Of a stretch of DNA of 56,705 nucleotides, positions 25,606 to 37,558 are shown piece by piece; the first letter of the stretch is position 1; each line of letters starts with the position of its first letter. The stretch is from Octopus sinensis (taxonomy: Eukaryota): contig NW_021833650.1 of assembly GCF_006345805.1 (NCBI RefSeq), positions 1 through 56,705 on the forward strand, in the 5' to 3' direction. The notes under the pieces are model-generated. The model was given only the letters and a program-made list of their open reading frames with translations, made no database searches and was not told the origin of the DNA. The position numbers were made by a program, and so were the translations under genes.

Positions 25606-26203
25606 AGAGAGAGAGAGGGGGAGAGTAGAAAGGAAGAGAGGAGAGAGTTGGAATAGGTTGATAGATAGAGAATCAAAGTGGAGGGAAACGTGAAAGAGGA
25701 AACGAAGACAAGCATTATGTTTAAAGAAATGTATTGTGTTCCAAAGCAGGAATTTTTTCTCTCCGTTTCATATAATTACACGTCAAATAATTGCCATTAT
25801 ATTTTAAAGCTTATATTTCTAATTTTTGCTTTTTGATTTTGTTTTTGTTTTTGGTTTGTTTTTTTTTTGTTTTTTTATGTGTATACCTTAATTATGGCTA
25901 GGTTTATCAATAGAGTGATCTTTTATTTCAGTTGAGAATTACTGCTGTCATTTTCGAGAAATACATTTATAGAAGGTAAAATCGCATAGAAAAACATTTC
26001 TTTTTCGTGTTTGTGATGTTCCTAGAGAAAAAAAAAGTAAAAAGTAAAAGAGAAGAATAATGCTCAAAAGTAAAATATAATAAAATAATAAACAGAATCG
26101 CGAATATTTATTTTCGGTATACAGAAGTCTTCTAATGTTTCCGCCAACCATTTAGCTTCGTGTGTGTGTATATATATTATGTATATATATATATATATAA
26201 TAT

Positions 26204-26257
<54 letters not shown>

Positions 26258-26990
26258 GTATATTTATGTATGTTAAATATTATATGTGTGTGTATATATA
26301 TATAATATATATATATATAATATATAATATATATATATATATATATATAATTACATATATATATATTATATATACACTTTCCTATAAGTATTATATATAT
26401 ATTGATGTTTGCAAGTTAAAGAAACAATTGTGGAACATTAAATATGTTTTTCTTTCTTTTTCTTTTATTATTATTATTATTATTTTTCTTTTTCCATTTC
26501 TATATATGTGAGATGGACAAGTAATGTTAGCGTATGGGCACAGGCCGTAAATTTTGCAAACATTACAGCATAAGCAATCTATAGAAAACTGAAATATTTG
26601 AATAAACATTCGCGAAAATATATATAATTCTTCGTAAACAGCATGCGTAATTGAGATTTTTACTTATGCGTTGCGCTCAATTGTAGAAATCAATGAAACA
26701 GCCAAGTAAATGCATTAAATGAATAAGTGCCTGGTTTTTCTTTTGTGCTGTATTCAAGTATGATATTAAGCATTTATTTCAAATCATTAAACATCCAATA
26801 AAAGGTATTATTAGGAAACTGTTGAATATTTTTCATCCAAAGAAGGTTAGTTTTGTCGAAATCGTTAAGAAGGGATGGAAATTAAAAACAACATATTCAA
26901 TTGGCATATGCTATTAAATATAAGACAACAAGCGTATCTGAAATAATGAATTGCTGTATCTGTCCCTCTCTCAGTAATGTGAGTTCAAAT

Positions 26991-27226
26991 ACCTATTTCT
27001 TTACTACCCACAAGGGGCTGAACATAGAGGGGACAAACATGGATAGACATAGGTGTTAAGTCGATTATATCGACCCCAGTGCTTAACTGGTACTTAATTT
27101 ATCGACCCCGAAAGGATGAAAGGCAAAGTCGACCTCGGCGGAATTTGAACTCACAACGTAACGGCAGACGAAATACCGCTAAGCATTTCGCCCGACGTGC
27201 TAACGATTCTGCTAGCTCGCCGCCTT
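26991..27226 (-). mobile_element. SINE family A, full length (tail A)
   Basis: 10-bp TSD TTCAAATACC at 26984-26993 and 27225-27234. Confidence 0.92.
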
Positions 27227-27315
27227 CAAATACCATCGAGGGCTACTATCTTTCATTCAGTACCAGTAAAGTGATAAGATGGAGTCTGTTCTTTCGCTCT
27301 CAGTACCCCACCTCT

Positions 27316-27379
<64 letters not shown>

Positions 27380-27387
27380 GACGCCAT

Positions 27388-27585
27388 GATAGATCGTTAG
27401 CTCCTACACGCATATTTTTCTCTCCTAGTTTATCTCCTTGCTTTATTCCGTGTATCTTTCTGTCGAAGAGCGTAGGCTTGAAACGTAAAAGAATTTTTCT
27501 ATTCCTGAGCGCTATGCTAATACATTTGTTTGTTTGCACTCCACCTGCCTTCGTCTTTTGTTTATTTTCGTAAACTTTCCCTTAT
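27388..27585 (+). mobile_element. Short repeat with a hammerhead-like motif
   Basis: TCTTT-CTGTCGA-A-GAGC-GTAG-GCTT-GAAAC-GTA-AAAGA at 27455-27492; flanked by (TA)n. Confidence 0.8.
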
Positions 27586-27959
27586 ATATATATATATATA
27601 TATATATATCTTTCTCTTTCTCTCTCTCTATTTGTTTGTCTCTAACTCTCTTTCTTGAAGTGACTATGCTGCGGAGAATGAATCGATATTCTTTAGAAAT
27701 AAATGCTGAACGAGAGGTAACCAACCTTTTTCTCTTAGTAAAAAACAAACAAAATGCAAACAAAAGCAAACTATTAAGATACTGGAGCAGTCGAAATACA
27801 AATCGATATTTCGATATCCATTGGAAATAAAGAATGCCATCAAAGACTTTCACAGTTATGAAGAATTATATGGCGAAAATTAATTCATATGTTGAGGTCG
27901 AATGATAATAAATATAAAAAAAGGCTACACACACCTACACACACACACACAACCTTTAT

Positions 27960-28125
27960 ACTTTGCTTGTTTCAGTAATTACAGTGCGGCAGTGCTAGGC
28001 CGTGGCCTTGAAGGGTGTAGTCACACAAATCGATCCCAGCACTTAGGGCTCACGTCTGTTACTTATTCCATCGGTTTGTCTCACTGAAACGTTAAGTCAT
28101 AGGAACGTAAAGAGAACGACATAGA
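27960..28125 (-). mobile_element. SINE family B 3' portion, degenerate
   Basis: TTGCTTGTTTCAGT...GCCGTGGCC...; reverse complement of the family B tail. Confidence 0.6.
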
Positions 28126-28283
28126 TTGCCAAGTTGCGGAGAGTGAGAAAAACAACACAAACAAAAAGACACAGACACACACAGATATACACGCATACAC
28201 ACACACATATATACGTGTATATATATATATATATACATGTACATACATACATGCATACATACATACATACATACATACATACA

Positions 28284-28315
<32 letters not shown>

Positions 28316-28418
28316 GATATATGTGTGTATGTCAAAATGTAGCACAGTTAATTCAGACACGCTTTTTTTTCATTCAATGTTTTTCTCTAACCACCTACTG
28401 TCCTAATTTGGCTCTATA

Positions 28419-28535
28419 AAAGGGCATGGACTCGAAACGTTAAAGACTTCTTCCATTTCTCCTGAGCATTAAGCTAATACGTCCTGTTTATTCTTCGTTC
28501 ACCTACCTATGTTTCTGGATATTTTTGAGCAATAT
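28419..28535 (+). mobile_element. Truncated hammerhead-like short repeat
   Basis: CTCGAAACGTTAAAGAC...CTCCTGAGCATTAAGCTAATAC; the 5' core is missing. Confidence 0.55.
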
Positions 28536-28930
28536 ATATATATATATATCTCATTCACCTACTACCGTACTTTTAATAATATTCTTAAGGCCGCAGTTTA
28601 CGCACACGTAGCATCTTTCAGAGCTCCTCGATTATTCAGTTATTTGGCATATGAAATTGAAATTTGATCCAGTAGAACATTTGTAGCAACGTTATAGGAA
28701 AGTAAGTAATGCCATCGGTCGAGTTTAGATCTAAATAACTCTTAAATTTTAAAAGCAAATATATATTTATATTCGTTTCAATGATAGAAGAAAGTATGAA
28801 AATTGTCATAGCTTTGGCCCCGTGCAACAAAAATGTGTATCAAAAAAGTTGTTAGGTAAAATATCATGTAAAATATACAATGCATAAAATTTGATATAAG
28901 TACGATTAACTGTTATATTTTTAAAAAGTG

Positions 28931-29223
28931 TGGAGGCGCAATGGCCTAGTGGTTAGGGCAGCGAACTCGCGGTCGTAGGATCGCGGTTTCGATTCCCAGA
29001 CCGGGCGTTGTGTGTGTTTATGGAGCGAAAACACCTTAAAGCTCCACGAAGCCCCGGCAGGGGTGGTGATCTCTGCTATATTCTTTCTTTCACTCTTTCT
29101 TCTGTTGGCCTGCTCGCTTAGCCAGCGGGGTTGCGTTATTTGAAGGCTAAAACAATGCGAACGCATTGTGACCAGCGATGTATAACAACATCTGATTGTC
29201 TGCTCGGTCACGTGATCACGTGA
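28931..29223 (+). mobile_element. SINE group C with tRNA(Arg)-like head
   Basis: TGGAGGCGCAATGGCCTAGTGGTTAGGGC (A box)...CTCGCGG...GGTTTCGATTCCC (B box); tail ends GGTCACGTGATCAC. Confidence 0.9.
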
Positions 29224-29448
29224 TTTTAAAACGTAACCTATATTTTAATTAAGCTTAATTGATAGAGCTCAATTCGAGGAATTTTATGGTTTCAATCTCA
29301 AGCAATGAAGTTTTAAAACGAAAAAAAGTTACGAGTGTTTGTTTCTCAAGTTTGAGGGTGATAATGTAGTTGTATAATTTTTCATGAATATAGTTCTATA
29401 AGGGACTTTTAATATATGTCACCGACATATATATATGTATATATATAT

Positions 29449-29752
29449 ATCACCGTGATCGACCAGGCTATCAGATGTTGCTACACATCGCTGATCACAA
29501 TGCACGACGCATTGTTTTAGCCTTCAAATGACGCCTCCCCGCTGGCTAAGCAAGCAGGCAAACACAAGAAAGAGTGTGAGAAATTTGTGGCGAAAAAGTA
29601 CAGCAGGGATCGCCAAACACCCCTTGCTGGAGCCTCGTGGAACTTTAGGTGTTTTCGCTCAATAAACACTCACAACGCCTGGTCTGGGAATCGAAACTGC
29701 GATCCTATAGCCGTGAGTCAGCTGCCCTAACCACTGGTCCATTGCGCCTCCA
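29449..29752 (-). mobile_element. SINE group C, inverted partner of the 28931 copy
   Basis: Full-length reverse-complement homology. Confidence 0.9.
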
Positions 29753-29858
29753 CACACACACGCATACACACACACACACATACACACACACCACAACACA
29801 CACACACACATATAGATATATATATATATATATATATAGATATATATATATATATATA

Positions 29859-30397
29859 TAGTGTTAGAGATAGAAACACCCACAACTTCATCAACTCATA
29901 ACGGTATTAACTCAACCAAGCCATAAAATATTAAATATTATACTTACTATTCTATTCACAATCCTAAAATCTTCTATATTACGGACTACACGTGTTTCAT
30001 GAGGGTACGTATGGTATCGTTAAGACATAAAGTCTCATTCAAAAATTCATTATGTTTACGCACTCCCAAACGTCAGGTCTCCTTTCCCCACATTTATAAA
30101 TATAACTACCCCTTACATATCACAAAACATAGTGATATATAAGGAGTAGTTATATTTATAAATGTGGGGAAAGGAGACCTGACGTTTGGGAGTGCGTAAA
30201 CATAATGAGTTTTTGAATTAGACTTTACGTCTTAATAATACCATATGTACCCTCATGAAACACGTGTAGTCCGTAATATGGAAAATTTTGGGATTATGAA
30301 TAGAAATAGTAAGTATAATATTTAATATTTTATGGCTTGGTTGAGTTAATACCGTTATGAGTTGATGATGTTGTGGGTGTTTCTATCGCTAACACTA
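29859..30397. mobile_element. Fold-back palindromic element, ~265-bp arms and 8-nt loop
   Basis: 29859-30123 versus 30132-30397 are near-perfect reverse complements; the left end abuts (TA)n; contains GAAAC-ACGT-GTA. Confidence 0.92.
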
Positions 30398-30527
30398 TTT
30401 TGATATATATGAATTAATTATTGAGAGTAATTCAATTTAATATTATTAATTTGAATTTCTTATTCCTGTGGCACTGGAATTGATTTTCCCTAATTATTAT
30501 AATAATAATGTTATATATATATATATA

Positions 30528-31081
30528 CAGGGTGGACCAACATGATCTGACACATTTGGAGGCTTGATAAAAGCTCAAAATAAGAAATAATGAAAAGAAA
30601 CATTTTATTTTCTGAATGTACATATAATGCCATTTTATTTCATTAAATTTCCAAAATTAAATCAGCTAAATGCTTCCCATCACTGTCAACACACTGTTGG
30701 AGACGTTCATGAAAGTTATCGATAACTCTATGGATCATTTCTTCTGGAATGGTTGCTATTTCTACACAAATTGCACGTTTTAATTCATCAATAGATCGAA
30801 GGCGATGACTGAATACTTTTAATTTTAAATATCCCCACAAGAAGAAATCACATTTCACCATTCCAGAAGAAATGATCCATAGAGTTATCGATAACTTTCC
30901 TGAACGTCTCCAACAGTGTGTTGACAATGATGGGAAGCATTTAGCTGATTTAATTTTTAAAACTTAATGAAATAAATTGGCATTATATGTACATTCAGAA
31001 AATAATATTTTTCTTCTCATTATTTCTTATTTTGTGCTTTTATTAAGCCTGCAAAGTGTCAGATCATTTTGGTCCGCCCTG
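30528..31081. mobile_element. Tc1/mariner-derived hairpin MITE made of two 3' ends
   Basis: TA-flanked CAGGGTGGACCAA...TTGGTCCGCCCTG ends; arms 30528-30753 and 30857-31081; minus strand encodes CDFFLWGYLKLKVF...IDELKRAI...ERLQQCVDSDGKH (transposase C-terminus). Confidence 0.9.
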
Positions 31082-31091
31082 TACATATATA

Positions 31092-31138
<47 letters not shown>

Positions 31139-31255
31139 AACGTAGAATAAAAAAGTTACTGCATAATATATTTCAAAAAATGAGTAGAGATAGCTTTTGT
31201 GGGAATAATTTTTATTTAATGATAATGTTTCCATATCAATAAAAAATATTATCCT

Positions 31256-31332
<77 letters not shown>

Positions 31333-32205
31333 CAGTTTCCCTCAAGTCGAATACACTCGCAGAGTGTTTGTGAACGTGGGTCTACTGTGTACGCCACTTA
31401 ACTAACCAGCAGTATAATAGAATCTACTGTCCAGGTATTTGGCAAAGGGATTTCTTAGTCACACAGATATTACTGCTTCTGTAAACAATTCGAAAATCAG
31501 TGAATCACTTCAAACATACATTACAGTGAACGTATGTTCGGTTATCGGTAAATCTCAGAGAGTGATTGAGAATTCTTCGAAAGTAATTTAGTTCAAAATA
31601 CGAGATATCTATAACAGTCTAGGATTTGAATAAAAGATTAGCGAGATAAATGGAGAGCTGGGTAGCACTTGGGAATAGAGAACATTATGTAGCCCCATAC
31701 CCACAATGTAAACGTTTGCGTGTAAAGTTTTCGTGTAACCTACACATTGTGCATGCAACCTGCACGTTTGTTGTGCAACCTTCAAGTTGTGTGTCTAACC
31801 TGCAAGACTGGAGTATAAACAGCCATTTGCATGTATTTCTCTGTCAGAACTTTCGATTAAATCGAGAATTGCACTGAGTTATCCTGGATTCTAGCGTTGA
31901 AGATCATCGGAACAACACGCAGGGACGTAGATCACACGTTGTTATAGTTTTCCTGAAATCGCATGAATTATAGCAAAGAAGATGGAAAGTAAGACGTGCG
32001 TGTATAAGTGATTATAATTGTGAGCATGCGCGTGAGTGTGTTACTATGTATAGTTAAAAGTTTGTGTTCGTGTGTGTGTGTGTTTCGTTTCGTTCTTTCT
32101 TCCTTCCTCCCTCTGTGTGTGTGTGGTGTATGCGTATGTATGGGAATATCAGCGAGTGACAGTATTGTCGGAGATCATTGCTGATTATCATTTTCCGAAT
32201 GGAAT

Positions 32206-32225
32206 GGTTATCTATCTATCTATCA

Positions 32226-32299
<74 letters not shown>

Positions 32300-32318
32300 T
32301 TATCTATCTATCTATCTT

Positions 32319-32385
<67 letters not shown>

Positions 32386-32500
32386 CTCAATCAATCTATC
32401 TGTCTGTCTGTCTGCCTGTCTGACTGCCTGCCTGCCTGCCTGCCTGCCTGTCTGTCTGCCTGCCTGTCTGCCTGTCTGCATGTCAGTCTGTCTGCCTATC
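32206..32500. repeat. (TCTA)n grading into (CTGT)/(CTGC)n
   Basis: Direct reading. Confidence 0.95.
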
Positions 32501-32646
32501 TATTACACACACACACCTATACATGTATATATGTATATATATGCATATAAATAATACATATATATATATATAAATATATACATATATATATACATATATG
32601 TGTATATATGTGTGTGTATATATATATATAATACAAACATACGTAC

Positions 32647-32678
<32 letters not shown>

Positions 32679-33449
32679 CAAACATACATATATATAAACA
32701 CTCACCCACACACATATATAGATGCGTGCGTATTTAGATATGCATGTATATGATTATAATGATATAACGTGTATAATGCGTCATACATTTAAAGCACTGA
32801 TTAGTTATGAGTATGAAGGCAAAAGTGTTATTTGGGCTGTGACCGCAGGCCTGCCTCGTTCTCTGCATTTTTCCAAAGATATTTTCCCAAACACCAAACG
32901 ACATCAGAAGCACACACACGAGCGTCAATTGATCACATGATGATTAAGGTTGGCAGTTACGTTATTTGAATTTATTCGGAATATGGCAGTATTAAACTGG
33001 AGGCAAAAATATGCGATATAAATTCCAGCTTTGGTGGTGGTTAGAAAAGAATTTATTTAATACGTAGTTGGAAATATTTCTGAAAAGGATTTGACATCAT
33101 AATGCTGGACTTGAAAAAGAATGAGAATATTATTTTATTGCGTGCTCAGTAAAAACCTTATTTACTTTCCTGCAATCTCATAAAAGATAACGGTTTTGAT
33201 GTAAACGTTTGGCGATAATTTCTTTGCTTTGAAAGCAAGTTCTTTGTTTAAACAGCGATGTTGTTTTTTCTTGATATAAAGCATCGAGGTTGTTGGCTTT
33301 ATGACTCATGGGAAATTTGTAAACATATAGCTGGACACAAAAGCTAGTGTTAGGTGTGTCATATGCGCGGTACTTTTGTAAAAAAACATAGAGAGAGAGT
33401 GAAATACCGTAGGAGCTTGAAGAAAAATGATCTGAATAATTTCAATACG

Positions 33450-33482
<33 letters not shown>

Positions 33483-33902
33483 GAGTGGCTGTGTGGTAAG
33501 TAGCTTGCTTACCAACCACATGATTCCGGGTTCAGTCCCACTGTGTGGCATCTTGGGCAAGTGTCTTCTACTATAGCCTCGGGCCGACCAAAGCCTTGTG
33601 AGTGGATTTGGTAGACGGAAACTGAAAGAAGCCCGTCGTATATATATATATATATATATATATGCGTGTGTGTGATTGTATGTCTGTGTTTGTCCCCCTA
33701 GCATTGCTTGACAACCGATGCTGGTGTGTTTATGTCCCTGTTACTTAGCGGTTCGGCAAAAGAGACCGAAGAGACCGATAGAATAAGTACTGGGCTTACA
33801 AAAGAATTAGTCCCGGGGTCGAGTTACTCGATTAAAAAGAAAAGGTGGTGCTCCAGCATGACCGCAGTCAAATGACTGATACAAGTAAAAGAGTAAAAGA
33901 GT
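33483..33902 (+). mobile_element. SINE family B, full length (CORE-like domain, internal (TA)(TG) tract, LINE-type tail)
   Basis: GAGTGGCTGTGTGGTAAGTAGC...GGTTCAGTCCC...TTGGGCAAGTG...CAGTCAAATGACTG...(AAAAGAGT)n. Confidence 0.92.
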
Positions 33903-33915
33903 ATATATATATATA

Positions 33916-34140
33916 TTTAAAATGAAGCTGGATCTCTTCCTGTCAGGTGTCCCAGATGAACCAACTTCACGGCAGGAGGGGCAGATGAGGGCAGCTGCAT
34001 CGAACTCTCTCATGCACCAAATAGCAGTTGCTAGAAAGCCTCCATGAAGTGAAACCAAGTAGCAACACCAAATGGCGGTGCCCCAGCATGGCCACAGCTC
34101 ATAAGCTGAAACTAGAATCAATCAATCAATCAATCAATCA
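33916..34140 (+). mobile_element. 5'-truncated CR1/L2-type LINE 3' end
   Basis: 33916-34047 encodes FKMKLDLFLSGVPDEPTSRQEGQMRAAASNSLMHQIAVARKPP* (FK..LD.FL..PDEP...RAA.SNSL motif); 3' stem-loop and (ATCA)n tail. Confidence 0.75.
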
Positions 34141-34148
34141 AATATATA

Positions 34149-34209
<61 letters not shown>

Positions 34210-34212
<3 letters not shown>

Positions 34213-34486
34213 GAGGCGCAATGAGTCGCGGTTTCGATTCCCAGAACGGGCGTTGTGAGTGTTTATTGAGCGAAAACACCTAAAGCTCCACGAGGCTCCG
34301 GCAGAGGGGTGGTGGCGATCTCTTCTGTACTCTTTCGCCACAAGTTTCTCTTACACTTTTTTCTGTTGGCCTGCTCGCTTAGCCAGCGTAGCGGCGTCAT
34401 TTGAAAGCTAAAACAATGCGAAGTGCATTGTGACCAGCGATGTGTAGCAACATCTGATAACCTGGTCGGTCACAGTGATCACGATG
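34210..34486 (+). mobile_element. SINE group C with a deletion in the head
   Basis: Homologous to 28931-29223. Confidence 0.88.
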
Positions 34487-34603
34487 ACATATAAATATAC
34501 ATATATATATAATTGATATAGGATAATTTTTTTTTTTTTTCGGGAAAAAAATGTTATCAGTGGCCAGCATATCAAAAAATGCCTTTAAAGGTAAAATTTA
34601 TAC

Positions 34604-34682
34604 ATAATTTACAAGATAAGGGCAGACGAAAAATTCTAATGCCAGATACGACGAATTTTTCTTCTACCCTTATCTTGTAAAT

Positions 34683-34685
<3 letters not shown>
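34604..34685. repeat. Small inverted repeat (33-bp arms, 2 mismatches)
   Basis: ATAATTTACAAGATAAGGGCAGACGAAAAATTC versus 34653-34685. Confidence 0.8.
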
Positions 34686-34714
<29 letters not shown>

Positions 34715-34789
34715 ATATTATATATAAACGTAAATGTCCAACCATGAAAATGATTTTTTTACTCGGTCTTTCTTTCTTTCCTTTTGGAC

Positions 34790-34950
34790 TTTACTCAGAG
34801 TCCTATTTTACAAGAAGAGCTTTACGTGAAACGTAGAAATAAAAATCCTTTCTTTCGTTCCCTGGGCGTCTTATTAATACTTTGCATCTACCAGCAGGTC
34901 CTCACGTTGTTGTTGTTTTCCCTTGTCTTTTTCTCCGTTTTTTGATAAAC
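34790..34950 (+). mobile_element. Decayed copy of the 21158 hammerhead-like repeat
   Basis: AAGAAGAGCTTTACGTGAAACGTAGAAA...TTCCCTGGGCGTCTTATTAATAC...GTCCTCACGTTGTTG. Confidence 0.6.
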
Positions 34951-35055
34951 TATATATATGTGAGTGTGTGTGTGTGTATATATAGAGAGATGGATATATG
35001 TGCATATATACCAGAATGTACGTATACATGCGTATCAGAATTTAAAATATTTCTT

Positions 35056-35471
35056 ATTTCTTTACAGCCTACAAGGGTCTACACACAGAGGGGACAAACA
35101 AGAACAGACGAACGGATTAAGTCGATTACATCGACCCCAGTGTGTAACTGGTACTTAATCTATTGACCCCGAAAGGATGAAAGGCAAAGTCGACTTCGGC
35201 GGAATTTGAACTCAGAACGTAACGGCAGACGAAATACCTATTTCTTTACTTCCCACAAGGGGCTACACACAGAGGGGACAAACAAGAACAGACGAACGGA
35301 TTAAGTCGATTACATCGACCCCAGTGTGTAACTGGTACTTAATCTATTGACTCCGAAAGGATGAAAGGCAAAGTCAACTTCGGCGGAATTTGAACTCAGA
35401 ACGTAGCGGCAGACGAAATACTGCTAAGCATTTCGCCCGACGTACTAACGTTTCTGCCAGCTCGCCGCCTT
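35056..35471 (-). mobile_element. SINE family A dimer (head + 2 x 184-bp body)
   Basis: Two units joined at GAAATACCTATTTC; 17-bp TSD AATTTAAAATATTTCTT at 35039-35055 and 35474-35490. Confidence 0.92.
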
Positions 35472-36395
35472 TAAATTTAAAATATTTCTTTTAAGTCAGT
35501 TGTCTTAATAAATAATAGGAATGTCACGGTTACGATAGTTTTAAACTTTAAAATCTCTTACTTCAATATATGTTCGTAAACGGTGAAACTGTTTGTGACA
35601 ACCTATTCAAAGAATTGCTTTGTTGTAAACATAAAGAAAATTTCAAAAATGAAAGCACACTAACTTATTTGAGTTGAGGTGTAACGCTAATTTAAGTAGA
35701 TTCCTTAAATGACTGCAGAATGCGAAACCTAAAAACCGTACAGCATAGGAATCCGATATCTGTGCAAATCGATCTCGAAGACTTCTTGTTGTTACTGTTT
35801 ATATCACACACATCCTTACTGTTTATGTAGATGATTAAATGTGATCTAGCAGTGCAATCTTCATTGCTTCTACTATGCAGTGATCTTCAAAGAGGTAATT
35901 ATCTAGTGTAAACTGCGGCCTTTCAAGGCTGTAATGAGCAACTCGAGGAAAATGGGCTTTGCTTCCTTTTAGGTCGAGTAAACGCATAGACGCAGTATAG
36001 TTTGAAAGCTGGCGAAGAGTAAAGGGGTTTTGTGCATTATCACAAGTCAGGGGAAACTATGTGTAGGCTTGGAGAGCATATTTAAAATATTAATTGCCTA
36101 GTTTGCATGGAGTAAACTGTTTTGTACTAGTCAAAAGAAGAGACAAAACCAAAAACAGAAAAGAAAAAATCTGAGTCACAAACTTCGATTTTTTGGATGA
36201 TGATGGCTTCGAGAATGCATATCGTTAAGTGCGACGTCAATGGAGAGGGCAGCGTATTGGGAATAACACTTCGTTATTAATTCATTCTTTAAGAGTATTT
36301 TTTTTATTAATTCATAAGCGGGATTCTCTGCAAGTAAGAAGCATCTATATCGCTCGGTAGGTTAGATAAATCTGCAATTCATATACATACATACA

Positions 36396-36427
<32 letters not shown>

Positions 36428-36434
36428 CATATAC

Positions 36435-36474
<40 letters not shown>

Positions 36475-36626
36475 TATATATATATACATATATATCTACA
36501 TATGTATATATATTCATATATATATATATATACATACATACATACATACATATACATACATATATATATATATATATACACATATATATCTACATATGTA
36601 TATATATTCATATATATGTACATACA

Positions 36627-36658
<32 letters not shown>

Positions 36659-37558
36659 GATACATATATATCTCTAAATACACACACACAATACATGACA
36701 ATAAACTTACCACTTCATATAAATAACGTTTGATTGGTAATTTTTATTAGGAATCCTTATAAGTTATCCCAACCACCATGTTCAATAAACACGCGCGTGC
36801 ACACACACACCACACACACACACACATACACACATTCCTACACACCCAACAGGTTTTCCTTTCAGATAATAATAGTTTATTGGAGAAAAAAAAAAAAAGA
36901 AAAAAGCTCCTCCTTTTGGAAGAGCTTTCATATTTCTTGTCGAATTACTGACATTTACACCAATATTCGAGATTACACTATATCGGTTATAAGGAAAGAT
37001 GTTGAGCGGTGACTGATAAGATTTTCAGCTAGGTGAAACGAAGCTGATTATGAAATTGTTTCTTATAAAATGTTACACTACCTGAAAACATTTCGGAAAT
37101 ATAAATCTATTTAAACTGATGATAAAAGCATCGCCCTGCAATCTTTGATATATTTATCATGCATTTCAAAGTAATTTCTCTGAATTTCTATAATGAAATA
37201 TTTTTTTTTTGTATTGATCTATGTATTTTTCTCTCTCTTTCTCTCTTTTACTGGATTGTTACTTATTTTCCTCATCTTTTTATTTTAAACCTTTATATCT
37301 AAATCAGATGGATTAACATAGATTTACTGCTTAATTTATTTACTCCTTAATGGATTCACGAATAATCGGAGAAAATGCTTTATAAATTTAGATGCCATTG
37401 TTATTGTTATTGTTATTGTTGTGTAGGTGCGTTGTTTGCTAGATAATGTACTGAGCTTGAGATCATAAGGTTTCAGTTTCGATTCTAGAACCGGGCAATG
37501 TAATGTCTTCTCATGTTATTGCTGATGTTATTACTGTTGTTTAGCTCCCGGTTGGCAC

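Noticed and set aside
27079-27573. 164-aa ORF, and similar ORFs containing RPRKDERQSRPRRNLNS or ERMKGKVDLGGI
   Set aside because: Read-through of SINE A plus microsatellite.
28931-29010. tRNA(Arg)-like gene
   Set aside because: SINE head continuing into a repeat body; no acceptor stem closure or terminator.
30643-30927. Functional transposase
   Set aside because: Only the C-terminal ~70 aa are present; the N-terminal part of the ORF is the antisense of the other arm.
35056-35471. CRISPR-like or satellite array (also 44145-44234)
   Set aside because: Eukaryotic context, no unique spacers, no cas genes; explained as a SINE dimer and a minisatellite.
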